The notes below the pieces were generated by a model. It did no database searches. It was given only the letters and a program-made list of their open reading frames with translations, and was not told where the DNA came from. A DNA stretch of 64,000 nt from NCBI RefSeq assembly GCF_009914755.1, contig NC_060938.1; one strand, given 5' to 3'. The number at the start of each line of letters is the position of its first letter. Position 1 is the first letter of the stretch. Below are positions 14,279-32,470 of this stretch, piece by piece. The position numbers were made by a program, and so were the translations under genes. This stretch comes from the human T2T-CHM13v2.0 reference genome, Homo sapiens.

Positions 14279-14878
14279 CGAGTGCTGCACTTACGGTAGG
14301 AGAGGAAGAGTAGAAGAGGGTTGGGATATAGATAAATAGATATATCGCTTCAATGTCACAAGGAGCTAGTAAACTTACCATAGTTTTCCTTTGTGATATC
14401 CTTACTGCCTCAGCTTTCCTATCTTTCACCATCTCTTGAGCAAATTAGAAGCCTGTTCCCTGTGAAATGAGGAAGAGAATTATATTTTATTGGCAGACAC
14501 TTAGCTCCAATTTTACAGCCAGTATCTAGTTATTCCCATAAACCCTGCAATTAACTCAGAGCCCAGAAAAGAGCACCACACAGAGCATTTTGAGGGTGAA
14601 AAGGGTCAGCCCACAGAAGGATCCATTTGTTCAGTAAAAAAAAGTTAGCATTTTTCGACTTCTTTGAAAATGGGGACCAGCAACCTTTAAACAAAGTATC
14701 TGATAATGGTGACTTCAGAGGATTTAATGCACTTTTTTTTTTCATTTCATGGTTGTTAAAATCAAGAATCTACTAATCAAGAAAAATTGTTTTTTCTTAT
14801 TTAGTCTTTTTGCCTTCTACTTCTTTTTTAAAGGCTTCTAAACTTTCTTTGGTAAGTGCATTAAGAGTTCTCTTTTCT

Positions 14879-15217
<339 letters not shown>

Positions 15218-15689
15218 CTACATGAAGGAGAATGCGCATCTCCCTAAGAGAAAGGCAGCAGTACATTAACTTAACGAGCAGCTCCTGATAAGCCAAATTT
15301 CACCGTAGTACTATTTAAATTTCATCTTTTATTAAGAAATAAAAACACTTAAAATATTTTAATGGTATATATGAGAATCATAGAAATTCAGTTATGAAAA
15401 TTATGCTGCGATGCAAGGGGAATGAAGGAGGACTGCATATTTCTTCTTCGGTGAATTAATCAGAGATTCTGAAGAAATAATGCAAGTCTATCCCCAAGCA
15501 ATGTCTATCAAATCTACAGAAAGATAAAATTAAGTAATATTTTTCTCTGTGATTCTTCAAGGACAAGGTTTTTTTAATCCCCATTCTTTGTTCTGCTAGG
15601 ATTCATTAGTATCCTCTCTTTGGTGCAGACAGTGATCCTCCTCTATTATTCCCCAAACTTCTGCTCTTTTCTCATTATAATATCAAGTC

Positions 15690-15806
15690 TCTTAATACCT
15701 GAGTAATTAAAAAAAAATCTGTACAATAAACCCCCATGACACAAATTTACCTATGTAACAAACCTGCACATGTATCCCTGAACTTAAAAGTTAAAAAAAA
15801 AAAAAA
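15690..15806 (+). mobile_element. Short L1PA 3' end fragment
   Basis: ctatgtaacaaacctgcacatgtatccctgaacttaaaagttaaaa plus poly-A. Confidence 0.8.
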
Positions 15807-16388
15807 TCTAGTTGGTTACGTTAAATAGAAAAAAAACAACAACCAACCAACCAAACAAAATTCAGGTCTCAGAAACAAGAAGATTCCATGTAATCTAGGG
15901 AGGAAGACAAGCCGAAGAACTACCCAGTGCCCAGAAATCCTGGCTGGGCAGCTCCATCTCATTGGCCAGGAGATGTGCTTTTGAAAGAAAGATCTGCCTG
16001 GAATCCTGTTCTGTTACATCAGAGTAGGCATCATAAAAGTTTTTATATGCGGTTCCTCAAGTAATTTCCAAGACTCTAACTGATGTCTAACTTAAGGGAG
16101 CTGGATATTCTTAGAAAAGATCAAAGTGTTCCCTGGAATACAAAAGACTGCACTTTTAACTTGACTTCCCAAACTCCTTCCTCCCTCATACACACTATCC
16201 TTCAATGGCTAATGATACAGAAATTCAAAAAGCAAAACGGAATTTTTTACTAAAGAATCTGACACTCTGTTCTATTTCTAAATATCTATACTGTGTTTGG
16301 TCTCTTGAGGCAGTAAGACCCCACAAACTTTCCTACTTCTCCTCTATGGTCTCTCAGCTACAGAGACGCCCTCTAAAACAGCTGCTCG

Positions 16389-16675
16389 GGCTGGGCACAG
16401 TGGCTCACACCTGTAATCCCAGCACTTTGGGAGTCGAAGGCAGAGAGATTGCGTGAGTCCAGGAGTTCGAGACCAGCCTGGGCAACATGAGGAGACCCCG
16501 TCTCTACAAAAAAATTTTTAAATGAACCGGACGTGGTGGTGCATGGTTGTGGTCCTAGCTACTTAGGAGGCTGAGGTGGGAGGATTGCTTGACCCCAGGA
16601 GATCGAGGCTGCAATGAGCCATGATCCAGCCACTGAACTGAGCTTGGGCAAAAGAGTGAGACTCTGTCTCAAAAT
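16389..16675 (+). mobile_element. AluJ
   Basis: Diverged full Alu with J-type ggaggattgcttga...gaggctgca. Confidence 0.88.
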
Positions 16676-17170
16676 ATGTATATATATATAACTGCTTCTA
16701 ATCCCTCTGCCAGGCTCTTCCTTCTAACAAGGCAAGCCTCTTTCTTCCTGTCACACATGGGCTTAGAGTAGGTACTTGGTAATAAATGCTGATTCTATTT
16801 CTAGAGAATGATTCTATTACTGGAGAATGGTGATAGCATTCTCTGACATTAGAAATAAAATCAGCATTATATATGAAAGGATACAGCACTTTTTCCAGTG
16901 TCAGAAACAAAACGGATTCCCCAGTGATGAGAACTGTGTTACGCATCTCCCATGGATGTGCCCAAGGAGTTCATTTTAAACTCCAAAATGAGAAATTTAA
17001 ACTAGACAGTTTGAATATGACATTGTCATGCAATTTCCAAAGTAGTCATGGCATCCCCCTTCAGAGGCTCTGAGAAGATTTCGGTGTGAGTGGATTCACT
17101 ACATAATGGGCGCAGCCTGGTGTTGTGGTGGATCTGAATGTCAAGAGAACAAAGGCAGAAGAATGCAACA

Positions 17171-18274
<1,104 letters not shown>

Positions 18275-20293
18275 TTATTGCCCTCCTCACCTCTGTGTTT
18301 CTGGAGAACACAAAGGAGCTAGGGAAGGAAGGACACAGCTCCTCCTGCTCTCAACTCACCTATCATTGATGAATGACAAGGGACAAGAAGGAGTCAGAGC
18401 AGAGTTTGGGCTCATGACCAAATCAGTGGACCTTGAGTTTGTTTTTCACAGAATTCATAGATGCAAGTCGCATGTGAAGATGCTCCATCTTGGAGGCACT
18501 TTCTCCAAGTTTTATCCACACTGCTGGGTAGAGTTGAGAAGCAGTGGTCAGCCATCTGGACTATTGGTTCTGGTGGGACCTATTGGTCTAGGAAAGAGGT
18601 CCTGTTATCCTCTATCTCCAAGGCCCCACCCAGCTTCTCTGTGTTGAACCCCCACCCTTGACAGATGACTCTTCCTTAGTGTTACAGATCACTTTTCTCT
18701 CCTCTTCATCCAAGTTTACATTTACACATGACATGTTTAACAATTACCCTACTCTCCCATCATCTCAGGATCTACAAGTTGAGTATTGCCCAAAACTCCA
18801 TTCTCTCATCCCCCTGTATCAGTGTTTCTCTTACCGGGAGGTAATTATTATCTGCAGAGTTTCATGGGAAAGTTATGAAATATTCATAGAGGCTAACTTT
18901 CATACCTATCTCATTAGTTCAGAGCTGGGAAGGATGTTTTAAATGTGAATATCCCAACCTTGAATTTCAAGGACACCCCTGGAAGAAAAGACAGAGAAAA
19001 CCAGAGACAGAGATACAAAGAGTTCATCTCTCTTGGTGGTACAAGAAGGAGGGAGATATATTAATATATTCCTCGAGTATTGTCCTCCAATACCCCTACA
19101 CAAACTCTGCTTTTTCAGATTAGGGTTCAACCTCATCGTTAAAAGATGACGTCAACATGTTTTAATTTTTTTCCATGAAAGCTCTTTAAAAGTTTTTATA
19201 GTCTCATTTCATAGTCCAATTTCACTCAATCCTGAGAGCCTCTAAAAATAGCTTGTTGAGCAAATTTATTACCACAGCTTGCAATCTCTCTCCAATATTT
19301 AATTTTACATTGAAACCAGGTATTTAGGAAATAACCTGTCTTCTTGATAACATAGCGCTCCAGGGGTCCCCAGGCAACTAATCCTTTGCTAGCCAAACAC
19401 TCCCAAGAAATCACAAATTATATAATGCACATGAAAGTGTTTGTGTGCTGGAAAGCACCTAAGAAATGTTATTGTTTCTTATGAGTAATAAATCACTTAA
19501 TTTATTAAATGTGCCAGGAGTGTAGAATGACATAAGGTGTAATTAGCCACAAGGCACAGCAAAATCATAAAACCAAAGACATCCTCTTTCCCCAACACTG
19601 CATCTCTAAGAATGTAGTTAATCTTTATTTGTTCCTTCACACATGCATAAGCAATATGAATACATGAGTGCCAGAAATAGGGCTCAGAACTGGAGGTCTC
19701 TGCTTCATGTACTGTAACTCATGCGCACGGTCTTGTTCCTTTTATGGGTAGAAATGCCTCCAAGCTGTTTGCATTATCTCAGCAGCAGTTGGGGGGAGGG
19801 GGATCGGCACAGCCCACATCCCTTAGCTGCAGTACCAGAAGAATCGTTCCTAATCAAGCATGTAAATCCATTTGTATGACCTTAGAAAGACTCCCCATAA
19901 GAACATTTGGATATTAAAACACTCTATTCTAAAAGACATCATTGTAATTGTACTGTTCACTGTTGATACTATACCTAAAACAATGTATTGTCTAGTGAAA
20001 AATCCAGGCCTGCTTTATACAGAATAATTAATAAGCACAATGAGTTCCTACTAGGATAGATCCAGAATTTAGTTATTTGGAAGATTTTGTTTGTTTCTTT
20101 CCTGATTCCCCTAGCATTCTGACTTTGGAAGTTAATGCCCACTCTTATCCCACACTCCCAGTTTGGGAGCCCTGAGCTAACCCCCAGCCCCTCGACCCCA
20201 TCTCAATTTTGGAAGTGTTTGAGGTCAATCTTCAAGGAAAGCCACTTTTCTCAGATGTATCCAACTATCACTTAAATAAACTATCATTTATAC

Positions 20294-20591
20294 TTTTTTT
20301 TTTTTTTTTTTGAGATGGGGTCTCGCCTTGTGGCCCAGGCCGGAGTGCAGTGGCACGATCTCAGCTCACTGCAAGCTCCGCCTCCCGGTTCACGCCATTC
20401 TCCTGCCTCAGCCTCCCGAGTAGCTGGGACTACAGGCGCCCGCCACTACACCCGTCTAATTTTTTGTATTTTTAGTAGAGACTGGGTTTCACTCTGTTAG
20501 CCAGGATGGTCTCAATCTCCTGACCTCGTGATCTGTCCGCCTCGGCCTCCCAAAGTGCTGAGATTACAGGCGCAAGCCACCATGCCCGGCC
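20294..20591 (-). mobile_element. AluY
   Basis: Y diagnostics gcaagctccgcc, cacgccattc, gttagccaggatggtc; CpG-rich. Confidence 0.9.
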
Positions 20592-21559
20592 TCATTCATA
20601 TATTTTTAAACAATAAAGGTTAGAAATTGATGGGGGAGAAAAATTTTCCCTTGGAGCAACATGAATTGCCTCCAGCTTTCCAGGAGAGGGTTATATTTGC
20701 TATTGAAGAAAAAAGAAAACAAAGCCATTTATAAGCAATCTCATCCCTATTCCCATAAACATTGAAAATCTTTCATTTTTCAAGCAATTTCAACTCTCAA
20801 ATGCGTACTGAGAGTTTCTGAAAACCCATCTGATGTTTTCATTTTTACTTCTGTAAAATAATATCTCATTGAGACTTCTGATATGACCATGATTGTATAA
20901 ATCCAGTGTTCTTCTCTTCTGTTCCTGAAAACTACCCAAAAGAAAAATGGGAAACAAAAACACAAATTGTATTTTCAGTAAAACTAGGACACAGACTCTA
21001 ACGTATTTTGAAAAGGATGCCAAAAAAACAACAGAATTCACAGAAGAGACAACAGTGGGAAGTAGAAAGAAAGACCAGTGTTGTCAGGTCTCAGAAATGT
21101 CCCATAAAAATATACTTTTTTTTGAAGGCAAGGGACAGGCCTAGAGGGGAAAAGGACTACAACCCATGTATATAAAAGAGGTTCAGAAAAAAGATTAATC
21201 TTGCAGGTATCAGAAACCTTCAATAGACCCGGTTCACATCACAGAAGCTAAGGGCTTCAGGAAGAATAATGCAGATGGAGCCATATTTTTCTGAAGACAT
21301 AGTCTTTGTAACAATTGAAAGTATCAGCCTTTTCATGTAAAAAAACTGCCCAACCTGGAATACCCCTTTGACCCCTTCTCGTGACCATTCACAATAGCTT
21401 ATACAGAAAAATTCACCTCTTTATATAATAATCAATTTTTGAAAGAAACTAGTATTGCACTTAAAGGTGCCAGAAGAAATAAAGGAGGAAAAAATCAGCA
21501 ACATTTATTAGCAGCTGAGACTTGCTCTCAGGAAAAATAATGCCATATGATAGGTAAAT

Positions 21560-23100
<1,541 letters not shown>

Positions 23101-23159
23101 AATGATTCTAGCTTAATAACACACTTGACTGGCAAGGATGTAGAAAAATAAACATTAAA

Positions 23160-23590
23160 GACAGATTTACATGAAGCTAATGAAGATTACGTTTCAGAGC
23201 CCCTCATTTGCAGGAGCACCTTCCAAGGTTCTGGAATGGCTCTAAAAATGTGCTCACATGGTCATAGATTTATTAATTTGAATTTAGTCACATCGGTATA
23301 GGGTTTTGCTGCTTTTATGCCCCGTTAAGTTATTGGTAGCCTTCCTAGGATAAGAACGGCTTCCAAGAATATTCCTGTGACCCACCTACCAACTCCCCTA
23401 GGGCTGTAGGACAGAGGTGAAAGGCCATAGATTCTATTGTCCTATGAGCATGTCCAAGCACCCAGCACTGGAAGAATAACTTGCGGAGTTGATACAAGGT
23501 TTGATATGTTTCTCATTCTAAATAAAATATATGTACACTTTTACACTAACTTTGTATTTCTATTGTTGGATTATCTTTCTTAAAGAAAAC
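23160..23590. mobile_element. hAT-Tip100-like DNA transposon fragment
   Basis: cagatttacatgaagctaatgaag...tcagagcccctcatttgca...cttccaagg resembles the terminus of this class as I recall it. Confidence 0.4.
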
Positions 23591-23599
23591 TCATCCATT

Positions 23600-24190
23600 G
23601 ATTGATGGTGGGAATGTAAACTGGAGAGCAAATTTATCAGAATTTCAAACACATACTCTTTTGACCCAACAATCCTTCCTTCTGAAATTTTATCTTACAG
23701 CTGTTCTCATACATGTGCAGAATGACTTACAGGCTCATTCTTGGCAGCGTTGTTTGTAATAGCAAACAACTGGAAATAATCCAACTATCTAAGAACAGGG
23801 GACTGATTCCATAAAGGATGACACACTCATAAAATGGAATACCATGCAATTGTTAAGAATAATGAGGAAGCGCTTAAAGAATTGATCTATAAATACCTTC
23901 TGATAAAGTTGTATGTGAAAAAAAGTCAAACTACAGAAAAATGTGTATAGTATGCTTCCATATGTGGTTAAAAAAAAAAAAGACGAAAACAGAATAGAAA
24001 CACAATTGCAATGCACACACACTTTAAAAATCCGAAGAATAAACAAAACTCTAAGACACCAATCATCTATTGGAGGTTGTAAACTGGATAAATGAGAAAC
24101 ATGAGTGGGAATTAGACTATTCACTGCATGCATTTATACATTTTTATGTTTTAACTCATGAATGTTATTATGCATTCACAATTAAGTAAT
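23600..24190 (+). mobile_element. Old L1M ORF2 end and 3' UTR
   Basis: tgatggtgggaatgtaaactgg...gcagcgttgtttgtaatagcaaacaactggaa. Confidence 0.7.
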
Positions 24191-24622
24191 TTTTGAAGGA
24201 CCTCATGGCAGCATTACCTTCCGAGTTTCTTCCAGAAGCCTTCCAGAGCCCTCAGTGAGGATTTCCTGCTTTTCCTACATGCTCTCATAACTCCTTCTTC
24301 TGACCTGTCATAGCACCTATCACACTGTATTATAATGGCCTATTTACTGAGGTGTCTCTTCCACTAAAATAGAAGTTTCATAAGAGGAACCAAATCTCTA
24401 AGCATCTGGCATGGTGCCTGCTTCATACAAGGTGTACAAAATGCTCGTCAAGAAAAAGTCAATAGGAAATAAGTTGTTTCCTTTCAGAAGTAAAATGCTC
24501 AACACTGTTTGCTTAGATAGTATATCTACAAAGTGAGTCCAAATAATTTGGGTCCAAATAACTGCTTTAAAGCAAAAAAAAGAAGGAGGAATGTTAGTTT
24601 GAATTTAACTATGTTAGTATTA

Positions 24623-25240
24623 TGTATTCATTTTCTATTGCTGTATGGCAAACTACCACAATCTTAGTGACTTGAAACAATGCTCATTTATTAGCTCACA
24701 GTTCTGTAGGTCAGAAGTCCAGCAGGCATGAATAGATTCTCTGCTTAAGGTATCATAAGGTCAAAATCAAATTGGTGGCCAGGCTGGTCTTATCAGGAGT
24801 CTCTGGAGAAGAATCTGCTTCTAAGCTTATTCTTTTTTTTTTGCAGAATTCATTTCCTTGGGATTGTAGAACTGAGGTTCCTGTTTCCTTGCTGGCCATC
24901 AGCCAAGCACTGTTCTCAGTTTCTAGAGGTCACTCGCAGTCTTTGACACATGGCCCCCTCCATCTGCAAAGCTCTCAGTGAAGCACTGCCTTCACAACAG
25001 ATTCTTCTCTTGTTTTAAATATCTAATTTTCCCTTCTGCTACCAGCTAGAGAAGACTCTCTGCTTTTAAAGGGAACATGTGACTCAGTCAGGTTCATCCA
25101 GATAATCTCCTTATCTTAAGGGCAGCTGATTGGTAACTTCATTGCATCTGCAAAATCTCCTTTGCCGGGTAACAGTAACATAAACATGGAATACCACGGG
25201 TCAAGGATCACTGGGGTTATTTTAGAACTATTTCCACCAT
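24623..25240 (-). mobile_element. MLT1 (MaLR) solo LTR
   Basis: tgtatt...attgctg...aaactaccaca...atttattagctcacagttctgtaggtcagaagtcc. Confidence 0.8.
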
Positions 25241-26033
25241 ACCGTGTTGGCTCTTAACATGTCAACACTAATTATCCCTAAGGAATAGTAACCCAAATTT
25301 AGGCCGCTAAGAATTTTCTCCCTTCTCCACATATTTCTCTCTCCTTTCAATTTCTGGGATTTAATGACCTGAGAACACCAGCTGGTGTGTCTAAAGATTG
25401 TCTCAACCACCCTTACAGAAAAACAGTGTGTGGGAGGGCAGAGTGGGGTGGCAGTGGTGATGCAAGCAAAGGTATGTGTATGGACAATCCTAAAAATTGT
25501 CACAGGAGACTGAACAACAAAAAACGTTAAAAAAAAAAACTAGTAAGTCCAATTTCTATAGGTATCTAAGACTGACCAAGATATAGAAGGAAATTCCCCA
25601 CACCTACTTCAGTAGTGGAGTCCTACTGAAAACAGAAATGTTGTCCCTCACATAAAGACTTTGAAGTTGCCATCAACTCAACTGACTTTGGTGTTTTCTA
25701 GTTTTTCTCCCTATAACTATGTTTAAGTTCTTTCCTTCCTTTCTTATTATATGGTATTATTTGGCGTGTCTATTCTCTATTTCCCTTTGATTTGACATTG
25801 CTCTTCTATATAACAGTACCATCAAAACTAGCAGTAGTTCCCACTGCCCAGCATTTATGACCCCAGTACTCACATGACTGTCCTTCACACCTTCTTCAGA
25901 ACCCTGCTCAAATGTCACGTTAGCAGCAAGATCTTCCCTAATCATGCTGTATAAAAACGAGCTACTCTCCACTCATCTTGCCTTATTTTTCAGTAGAATT
26001 TATCACTATCTAATACATTGCACACACATATGT

Positions 26034-26065
<32 letters not shown>

Positions 26066-26182
26066 ACTTCTTTATTATCTCTCTATTAAGAAAAGGGTGC
26101 CATATCTCTGGCATTTAGAAGAATTCCTGCACTCAATAAATATTTTTGAGTGAGTGAATGGAAGTTTACAAGGGTACAAGGC

Positions 26183-26529
<347 letters not shown>

Positions 26530-27917
26530 AGACTTTCACTTTTAATTATTTTTATGTTAGTTCTTCCGCAATTCCAACAATGATTTGTATCCATCCCTAC
26601 CTTTTTCCTCTGATGTTATAAGCCCTTTATAGTGGATGTAAGAGAGTACTTATGAATAAGCACAGAAACATTTACCAGTTCCATAATTCACTAGTGAACA
26701 CAACTACCTTGCTGGGTGATGTTAACAACTACTCAAATAAAGTAAAATCACTTCCTTTATAACATGCTCTGCTTCAACCATTGTTTTTCCTGGTTCCATG
26801 GGCAAAGAACTAGTCATGCTTTTGCAAAACTTCACATTACAATAACGTTGTATAGCCATGTTAGGAATGGACGCACACACATGTACGGTGGTCAAAAGAT
26901 GTGATTTTAAACCAAATATGCACAAATTAAACACTCAGCTCGGTATTGCAGTGGTGACTTGATTTTAGACAAGTCACTTAAACTCTAAGCTATTGTTTCT
27001 TCATGTATGAAATGAGGATAATAATAGGACTTATTTCACCTAAAACTTATGAGGATTAATTAAGCCAATGCATCAATATATGTAGCAGTGTTGAACAAAT
27101 ATCGGTGGCTTCTGCTATTGTTGTTTCTGTTCATGTGGGAAAGATACTTGATACAACTTTTTTTGTCCTTTTGTAATATCTCATCTCATAGACTATATTT
27201 TCTTTGGCTATGCTCAGTTTCCTATATCCAGGGAAGAGCAAATAATACAAAATGTCCACAAACAAAACCAGTGTGGATTAACGTCAGTTGGTTTGGCTCC
27301 TAAAACACTGAAATGAGGTGGGAAGTTATGGTGCACACATGTGTGACAGTCTCTTCATAAGGAGAGCAGACAGTCATGACAGTTGAGTGCTTAGGACACT
27401 GGCATGCCCGAGGCAGGGAATGATGCGACATGACTTCCTGGGGTCTCTTCCAGGCCTACATTTTATTTTTCTTGGGAAAAGCTCCATACACTATGAGTTT
27501 CATCAAATCATTTTCAACTAGAGAATCACAGCCGCCACCCTCAAGTGAAGTCTTACATTCTTGGGAATTCAAGCATACTTTTCTTTTCTGATACTTCAAA
27601 AGATTACTTTTTCACAAGTCCTTCTTAAATTTAAATTTAGAATAAGAAAGCTGTCTTATTTCCCTAAAAACTACATTTTGCTGATCCAATATAATCTGAA
27701 AGAGGATTTAGATGGTAGCAGAAGGGAGAAAGGTATGTTAAGGTACCTGGGAAGTGGGCAACAAGGAAAACAAGCACAGTCTGTGTGTCAGAGCCACTTC
27801 CCTGAATAGCTGTTTAGCAAGTTGGCCAGAATCTAAAGCCAATGCACCCTGGTTCCTTGCAAGAAGCTCTTCACTGCACAGTCTATATCAAAACTCAATA
27901 AGCCATAGTTGGTTTAA

Positions 27918-28364
<447 letters not shown>

Positions 28365-28589
28365 TGAGTATTCTTAATTCTTCAAAGTTGAGGAGAGTAG
28401 CCAAAGGATAGGTGAGGCAATATTAATTGAGGAGAATGTGAGGATCATGGGAAGTGGTATGTAAAAAGAAATGGAAAAGTTGCTTGGGAATGAAAAAAAA
28501 GAGAGGGCTTTGTATTCTGAAACAGGGCTCAAGAGCATGGCCTTTGAGCTCACGAAATAAGTAACTTCCTGCCAAATCCTGACAGACAA

Positions 28590-28808
28590 AAAGTATATTA
28601 GTAGTTTTCAGGGACTGTGAAAGGGCTGAATGGGGAGTAACTGCTCTTGGGTACAAGGTTTCTTTTTAGAGTGATTAAAATATTCTGAAATGTATTATGG
28701 TGGTGGTTGCACAACTCTGTGATTCTACCGAAAACTATTGAATTGCACTTTAAATGGATGAATTGTGTGGTATGCAAATTATATCCCAATGAAAATGCTG
28801 AAAAAATA
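28590..28808 (+). mobile_element. L1MB-like 3' end
   Basis: ggtggttgcacaactctgtga...attgaattgcactttaaatggatgaattgt. Confidence 0.75.
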
Positions 28809-30599
28809 ATTGGAAGGGGGAAAAGTAAAGACAGTAATATGATGCCTTTGCTTATGAAAGTGAACCTCAAACTAGACAGTAGCTAACAACTGAAATAACA
28901 GGAGAGAAAATTTTATTTCAAATTATTAGATAAATTCATCAATGTCCTTAGTTCCTGAAATCACAAACTAGATTTTATTTAATAGCTACAATAACACCTG
29001 GCTACCAGGACAAATAACTCTTGAATCTGTCATCTCCATTCCTACTGTCACTGATTTAGTCATCCTCTCTTCCCTGGACCATTATACAGTAACAGCCCTT
29101 TAACCAGCCTGGCTTCTCGCTTGGGACTCATTCTCCATATTACCACTAGAGAGGTCTTCCAAACAACAACAACAACAAATCCAAGCACATCAATCCTCTG
29201 ACCAATATCATCCAGCAGCTCCCAACCGTTCCCAGAATAGAGTTAGGAATCTCTAGACAGGCTTAAAATGCCTTCATTTTCTGTGCTCTGACTCCTCTTT
29301 TCAACCATATCCCCACCTACCACCCAAGTGAACCCTGGGATTGGGCCGCACTGCACTACATGTCAGTCCCACACTCTCATTTCCACATTTGTGCAAGCCA
29401 CCTGGTGTGTACAACCGTCATTGTCCCTGGAAAGCTCTTGTACATCTTTTAATACACAACTCAAACTTTACCTCCTTCTTGAAAGCTTCTCTATTTCCCC
29501 AGATGTTCTACTGGGTGATTCCCATACTATGATTCCTTAATTCACCCATGTATTCTACAAATATTTATTGAGTGGGTCAAGCATACAGTGGGTCAAGCAT
29601 ATAGTACCTTATCTGCGCCTTTATTACAGCAGGGCTCACACTGATAGAACTTTGTACATCTCTGCTCCTCCGACTAAACTACGATCCCTCAAGGGCAGAT
29701 ATCATGTTCTGTTGTTCATCTTTGCATCCCTGCTCCTAATATACTGCCTGATATATTATAGGTACATAACAATGCCTTGGATAAGTGAAAAAAGGGCACT
29801 AAAGAGATTATTTGAATATGCTCAACATTACCTACAAATCATCCTTTCGCTTCAGTATAAAAGACCTGATATAAAAGAGATATGTTTTATTGGTACTAGT
29901 AATAGTAATGCCATTTTGTGGTTGTTCAGATCTAAAGCCTTTGAATATATAACCCACACATGTACACACACATATAATTATATAGTTTTTCATATTTGAA
30001 CATGAAAGAGTTTAAAACAGATAAAATAAACCATTAACATAATTTTTCTCACTTTTGACTTTTCACATATATTTTTTCCAAAAAATATATATAAATTTGT
30101 ACTTAAGAAAAGAAAGGTGAAATTCTCTGTCCCCACAGAGCTCCATCCGCACTATTATGCAAATAACTGTTTTCTTTAACCACAATTTATTTGGTAAGCC
30201 CCGAACCAACATTCCAATCATTTGCTAAACATATCCACTGAGGCATGGTGCCCCGTTAAAGAAATTAGTTCCCTTCCTTTTAATTTTAAAATATCTAGGA
30301 ACCAGTAAACTCAGAAACATTGTGATCCCAAAATACTGTTATGTTTCCTGCCAAGTTTCTTCTGTCTAATCTAAATCTCCTCGGGTTTCTATGCTAAGGT
30401 GAAAGCACTTTGGTGACTATCTCTTTACTAATATGCCAAACTAAGTTCTCGGGGTTCTTCTTTCGGGACTCTAAATTATCAAAAGGCATATCAAAACTAT
30501 TACTGGTCCGGGATGTGATACATTCCACAAGAAAACTTTCCTGGACTCCAAAAAAAAAAAGAGGCACTATCGCAGGAAGGAAAAAAAAGGTGAAGAGAC

Positions 30600-31015
30600 A
30601 GCTATAGATTAAATGCTCTGTTTTAAGCTGATTGGATCCTGATTTTAAAAAGAAAAAAAGCTATTAAAGTCATTTTGTAGGCAATTAAGGACATTTTAAT
30701 ATGCAGTGATTTAGATTACATTAAGAAATTAATGTTAATTTTCTTGGTTATGATAGTGCTACTGTGGTTATCTAAGAGAGTGCTCTTATTCTTAAGAGAT
30801 GCTGCTAAAGTATTTATAGGTAAAATGTCACCATGTCTACAATTTACTTTCAAATGGTTCAGGGGGCAAAATATGTGCATACATATACAAAGAGAAAGTA
30901 TTTGTGGGAAATGGTTAACACTGCTGAATGTAGATGGGGGTCATAAGGTGTTCCTACAATTCTTTCAACTTTTTGGTATGTTTCAAAATTTTCAAAACAA
31001 AAAATTGGAATAAAA
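30600..31015 (+). mobile_element. L1ME/MC-like 3' end
   Basis: agagatgctgctaaagtatttataggtaaaatgtc...caatttactttcaaatggttcag. Confidence 0.6.
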
Positions 31016-31650
31016 TCCTCTTTGAAGAAAAATTTTCTTAAAATAATAACTGTCCCTTCTGCTGCAACACACACTATTTCAAACTGATAAGGTCATTTAG
31101 TATTAGAGATAAGTCTGTTGGTCATTCATTATTAACTCCAGAACTGTGTTTAAATCAGAAAATTGAATTTGCTAATCTTACCATAGAACTTATCAAAAGA
31201 CTTGAGGTTATAATTATTTTCTCCTAGAGAAGAAATCTCAAAATATAAGTTTATAGCTTTCTGTAATAAATGCTTTTTTGCTTGAACAAGTATTCCCCAG
31301 GAGAAAAATGTGCACATGGAAACACATGGAAGAAATTCTCCATCCTTAAATACATTTCTTAATTATTTCAATGTTTTAAAAGCAGCAATCATGAACAGGT
31401 TTTATTGTTTTAGATTTTTCCACATATAACAAACCTTCCTTTCTACATCCTCTCTTCTTACTCTGACCCTACAGAATTCTCTTTTACGGCCAACAAGTTC
31501 CAAGAGAGGCTACAGGCTCTGTTTCATGCATCACCTGACATAGTACCTTTTCTTGGAACAAGGTCTCTTCAGTAAAGCCTGCTGTGTAAGCCAGCTATGG
31601 TGGTAGAATACCCAGCTGAATGCCTTCTGGAATATTTTTTTCAAGGTCTG

Positions 31651-32005
31651 TGTATTAGTCCGTTTTCACGCTGCTGATAAAGACATACTTGAGACCAGGT
31701 AATTTACAAAAGAAAGAGGTTTAATGGACTCACAGTTCCACATGGCTGGGGAGGCCTCGCAATCATGGCCAAAGGTGAGGAGGAGCAAGTCACATCCTAC
31801 GTGGATGGTGTTAGGCAAAGAGAGTGTTTGTGCAGGGAAAAGTCCCCTTTTTAAAACCATCAGATCTCATGAGACTCATTCAACACCACAAGAACGGCAC
31901 GGGAAAAACCTGCCCCCATGATTCAGCCACCTCCCACTGGGTCCCTCCCACAACACGTGGAAATTCAAAATGAGATTTAGGTGAGGACATAGTTAAACCA
32001 ACCCA
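31651..32005 (-). mobile_element. THE1 solo LTR
   Basis: tgtattagtccgttttcacgctgctgataaagacata...ca; 5-bp TSD GTCTG at 31646-31650 and 32006-32010. Confidence 0.93.
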
Positions 32006-32087
32006 GTCTGTATGTGGCATGAAATGTTTTCTAGTTACCAACAAGTAGTGAAGTGTCCTGAATTCTCTCTTCATGGGAAGAGGCTTG

Positions 32088-32090
<3 letters not shown>

Positions 32091-32130
<40 letters not shown>
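32091..32130. repeat. (CA)20 microsatellite
   Basis: Pure CA run; another CA-rich run at about 26034-26067. Confidence 0.95.
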
Positions 32131-32134
<4 letters not shown>

Positions 32135-32470
32135 TGTCTCTCAATCTTTGTAGGAGGATTGGTTCCAGGACCCTCCACAGATACCAAAATCCACAGATGC
32201 TCAAGTCTTTGATATCCAATGGTGTAATATTTGCATGTAACCTAAACACATCCACCTGTATACTTTAAATCATCTCTAGGTTACTTATACTTCATACAGT
32301 GTAAATTCTATGCAAATAGTTGTTATACTGTATTGTTTAGGGAATGATGACAAGAAAAAAACATGTTCAGTACAGATGCAATTGTCCCTTTTTTTCCTGA
32401 ATATTTTTGATCCTTGGTTGGTTGAATCCATGGATGCAGAACCCAAAGATATGGAGGGCTAACCTACTGT
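32129..32470. mobile_element. MER2 (TcMar-Tigger)
   Basis: ggattggttccaggaccc...ataccaaaatccacagatgctcaagtc...ttggttgaatccatggatgcagaaccc. Confidence 0.85.
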
